From Opitutales bacterium (lineage in GTDB: Bacteria; Verrucomicrobiota; Verrucomicrobiia; Opitutales; JBHJGM01): 64,000 nucleotides of DNA. Of this stretch, positions 61,368 to 64,000 are shown piece after piece. Position 1 is the first letter of the stretch. Each line of letters opens with the position of its first letter. The stretch covers positions 140,262 through 204,261 of the forward strand of contig JBHJGQ010000004.1 in the NCBI GenBank assembly GCA_050331595.1. The letters run 5' to 3'. The position numbers and the translations under genes are program-made. Below the pieces are notes generated by a model that made no database searches, was not told the DNA's origin, and saw only the letters and a program-made list of their open reading frames with translations.

Positions 61368-62914
61368 CGCACTGGTCCATCCGCTATAAAGGTGAAGCCC
61401 GCCTCCTGGAACGCCGCGCGCGCGACCAAGACCGCATCGAGCAGGCGCTGGCTGAGGTGCGGGTGTGCGGTGTGCCTGGAAACAGCAAAAGGTTGCGTGG
61501 CCAGTGCCGCGGAATGGTCGATCGGGATGACCGCCACCCGGTCTTCCCGCAGGGTGTCCGTCTCATAGGCGATGGTGGCGTCAGCCGAGCGTGTCGCCAC
61601 CGTGGGGACGAGCATGGCGGAGGAAGCGGTCTGCATGACAACGTTTGCCATCACTGCATCTTTCAGCCCCACCTGCTCAAGGAGAATCCGCGTGAGCGCA
61701 CCGACGGTGCACTGCTCAGGCTGTCCCACGGTCACGCGCACGCCCGGGCGAGCGAGGTCTTCAAGGTTGCGGATGCCGGCCGGGTTGCCCCTGGGCACTG
61801 CGATGACGATCGGCGCGATGGAAATGTTGCGCCCGGGCAGGAACCAGTCCTGAACAGTGTCGAGGTCGTAGTGGTCGCAGGCCATATAGACATCTGGAAA
61901 GCCCGCGGCGGCCCCAGTCTGATTGAAGCGAATCGACTTCATCTGCCCGGTCAAGATGCCGCACTCGTTGTAGACCGTATTGATGGTGACCCCCTCGCGT
62001 TCCTGAAAAGCGCGCAGAACCGGTTCGATGGCCCGGCGGTTGACCGCGCCGCAGAAAAATGTGAGTTCGGGCCGGTCCGACCAGCGATCGCCTTGAATGG
62101 GTTCAAAGCGGTGAGCCGCGAAAAACTCATTGCCGATTTCGCTGTTGAGGAAACGCGCCAAATGCAGGGCGGCAGTCGCCGCTTGCGTGCTTTGAAGGAC
62201 GCCGATCGCGACTGTCTGCGTCTTCGCGGCCAGTACCGGGTCATGAATGATTTCGATCGCGGCGTGCTGACGCGCGGTGGCGTCCCAAACGATCGCTGCG
62301 TCGACGGCACGCAGCACGACGGCATTGGCCAACTCAGGAACCGTGGGCATGAAGACGCCGTTCTGCTCGGCCTGTTGCTTGATTGAACTCCAGTGTCCGG
62401 AAGCCCGAAGCCGTTCCCGCGTCTGCTTGCCAATGGAGGCGGCTTCCGGATTGCCCAGCGCCAGGCGCACGCCCGGACGCAGGAGATCGTCCAGACCCTG
62501 TATTCGCTGGGGATTGCCCGCTGGCACCGCGATGACGGGCGTGAGTTTGGCCAGCGGGAGGACTTCGGCGACCAAGCCTTCGCGCCTGGCAATGTCGGTG
62601 TATGAGCTGTCGGCGGCAAGATACAGATCGCCCGTTTTCGCAATCTTGAGGTTGCTCAGCAGCGTACCGGAACCTCCGTACTGGACCTGCACCCGCACCC
62701 CGTACTCTGTCTCGTAGCGCTCGAGCAGTTCTTCCACGGGCGGCTTGGCACTGGCGGCGCAGTACAGGGTGAGGGTTCGTGGCGACTCGGAATCCTGCGA
62801 GCCACCGCACCCGACCGCCAAGAGCGCCCATACGGCAAGGCATACCCTCAGTCCCGTGCGAATGGGAGCGAGGTTTCGCCGCTGGCGTGTCGCAAAAGCG
62901 AGCGGGGTTTTCAT
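61364..62914 (-). CDS. Lipoprotein with two tandem ModA-like (molybdate/tungstate-type) substrate-binding domains
   Basis: Lipobox 'LLAVGCGG'. Half 1 has 'LTLYCAASAKPPVEELL...YGGSGTLLSNL...VIAVPAGNPQRIQGLDDLLRPGVRLALGNPE'. Half 2 has 'LTFFCGAVNRRAIEPVL...VIAVPRGNPAGIRNLEDLARPGVRVTVGQPE'. ATGA overlap with the permease gene. Confidence 0.75.
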   Translation of the reverse strand: MKTPLAFATRQRRNLAPIRTGLRVCLAVWALLAVGCGGSQDSESPRTLTLYCAASAKPPVEELLERYETEYGVRVQVQYGGSGTLLSNLKIAKTGDLYLAADSSYTDIARREGLVAEVLPLAKLTPVIAVPAGNPQRIQGLDDLLRPGVRLALGNPEAASIGKQTRERLRASGHWSSIKQQAEQNGVFMPTVPELANAVVLRAVDAAIVWDATARQHAAIEIIHDPVLAAKTQTVAIGVLQSTQAATAALHLARFLNSEIGNEFFAAHRFEPIQGDRWSDRPELTFFCGAVNRRAIEPVLRAFQEREGVTINTVYNECGILTGQMKSIRFNQTGAAAGFPDVYMACDHYDLDTVQDWFLPGRNISIAPIVIAVPRGNPAGIRNLEDLARPGVRVTVGQPEQCTVGALTRILLEQVGLKDAVMANVVMQTASSAMLVPTVATRSADATIAYETDTLREDRVAVIPIDHSAALATQPFAVSRHTAHPHLSQRLLDAVLVARAAFQEAGFTFIADGPVR

Positions 62915-63285
62915 CGTTTCGTGAGCAGCGAGTCTCAGGGCGGGCGTTCATTCCCATGCGTGAAGCGTGGGTGAGGGCGCAATTTTGAGGAGCGCCATCA
63001 CCGAACGTGTTTGACTCTATTGGGCTTAAGCCGGCTCGAGTTGGGACGTCTTGGTGAGCACGACACAGGCCATGATGCGTTACGTCAACGACGTGACGTC
63101 TTCAGGGATCAACCTGGGAACTGCTAAGTGCAACTGGGTGCAAAAGGCGCCCAGCCAAGAAGGAAGGGGAACCATCATGCAGGAAGCGTTCGCCCAGCCA
63201 GTCGCCGGGAATGTCGACGCAGCGTCATCGCGCTGGACCTCGGGCAGCTGGCATCAGCGGACGGGCCCCTTCAGCAGGCATTGCG

Positions 63286-64000
63286 TCAGCGTGGCGGTAC
63301 TTTTGGTAGCGACGGGATACATCCGAACTCGACGAGCTGCGGGTAGGCGAGGAAGCTGCCCCAGAAGTTGAAGGGGTCAGCATTGGCCCGGTCTCCGGTC
63401 TGGCCGGTAAGGGCGTTGTAGTTTTCGCCGACGTGGCCTTTCTCGCGCCAGCCGCGAAGGAGCAACTCCGCGGACTTGCTGGCGAGCGCTTTGGCGGCAG
63501 CCTCGAAGCCGGTATTGGCCAGGCCCCAGTAGACGAAAAAGTTCATCGGAGCCCAGATGCGTCCGCGCCAGTAGCTTTGGTCGGCGAAAGCCGGGTCGTT
63601 GCGGGCGATGGAAGGGAGCACGTGGTCGCCCCAGAACGTTGCCGGGTTGAAGAGGTGTTCCTCGCGCATGCGCAGCGCTCGCTCTTTGGAGACACGGCCG
63701 GTGAAAAGAGGATAGAAGTTGGTGGGCGACATGCGCGGGGACAACGCCTGTTTGGTGAGGTCGTAATTCAGGTAAATGCCGTCTTCTTCGCTCCAGAGTT
63801 GCTCAAGGCCGGTCGCGTAGCTGTCCGCGCGGGCACGGAGTTCGGCGGCGTCCTCGGGCCGGTCGTTGGCTTGCATGAGCGCGGCGAGGTCCTGGCAGTC
63901 ACGGATGTAGAAGGACTGGAGGCCGACGTCGGCGAGCAGGAGGAGGCCGCGCGTGTCGTCAAACACGGCGTCATCGTACATCGGAGAATTGTCGAGGCCG
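63286..64000 (-). CDS. GH63/MGH1-like six-hairpin glycoside hydrolase, C-terminal part (5' end outside the window)
   Basis: The frame is open to the window edge. 'YWRGRIWAPMNFFVYWGL', 'GHVGENYNALTGQ' and 'FNFWGSFL'. Confidence 0.68.
   Translation of the reverse strand, partial: GLDNSPMYDDAVFDDTRGLLLLADVGLQSFYIRDCQDLAALMQANDRPEDAAELRARADSYATGLEQLWSEEDGIYLNYDLTKQALSPRMSPTNFYPLFTGRVSKERALRMREEHLFNPATFWGDHVLPSIARNDPAFADQSYWRGRIWAPMNFFVYWGLANTGFEAAAKALASKSAELLLRGWREKGHVGENYNALTGQTGDRANADPFNFWGSFLAYPQLVEFGCIPSLPKVPPR

Noticed and set aside
62915-63285. A Moco riboswitch or ModE box upstream of the ModABC-like operon, and ORF 63051-63371.
   Set aside because: Only short inverted repeats are present (ACGTCA...TGACGT, GGCGC...GCGCC), with no match to the ModE consensus that I can recognise. 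The ORF has no motifs and overlaps the GH63-like gene's 3' end. This needs an Rfam scan, so it is not claimed.
1-64000. CRISPR arrays, transposases, integrases, prophage genes, toxin-antitoxin pairs or defence systems.
   Set aside because: I saw no regularly spaced direct repeats and no DDE, tyrosine- or serine-recombinase, nuclease or helicase motifs in any frame. The only RHH-like ORF (44568-44744) has no partner toxin. The tRNA-Val is not flanked by an integrase or a repeated tRNA 3' end.

Overview
GC-rich bacterial chromosomal window with no rRNA, CRISPR array or recognisable mobile element. All protein calls rest on motifs I read in the supplied translations, since no database search was possible. 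The gene content (three PEP-CTERM proteins, three sulfatases, a G8/beta-helix protein, CBM-rich glycanases, GH43/GH51-like/GH140-like/GH63-like enzymes) suggests a PVC-type (Verrucomicrobiota-like) polysaccharide degrader; that placement is inference only.

Layout:
- 0-9.7 kb, housekeeping: histidine kinase 3' end, L,D-transpeptidase, asd, PEP-CTERM protein, PhoD-like phosphatase, tRNA-Val, ilvH-ilvC, hemC, cobA/hemD fusion, trpF.
- 9.8-27.3 kb, the most unusual part: a complete corrinoid-dependent methyltransferase system. It has four URO-D/MtaA-type methyltransferases (one fused to a thioredoxin-fold CxxC domain), a B12-binding protein, a [2Fe-2S]-ASKHA reductive activase, a COG0523 GTPase and DUF1638. 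It is translationally interlocked with, and flanked by, three sulfatases that lack signal peptides, plus a GPH/MFS importer carrying a large extra domain.
- 27.5-56.9 kb, glycan-utilisation genes: GH43 x2, a G8/beta-helix giant protein, LacI x2, a TonB receptor-YfiR-hybrid kinase module, a LuxR-GH140-like-AEC group, an SSS symporter, a 1180-aa CBM6-like x2 protein, a GH51-like enzyme, and a PEP-CTERM gene interrupted by an in-frame TAG.
- 57-64 kb: a 150-aa kinase-like protein coupled to a PP2C phosphatase and divergent from a type II glutamine synthetase, a ModABC-like transporter with a duplicated binding protein, and a partial GH63-like gene.

Many long antisense 'shadow' ORFs in the track were rejected.
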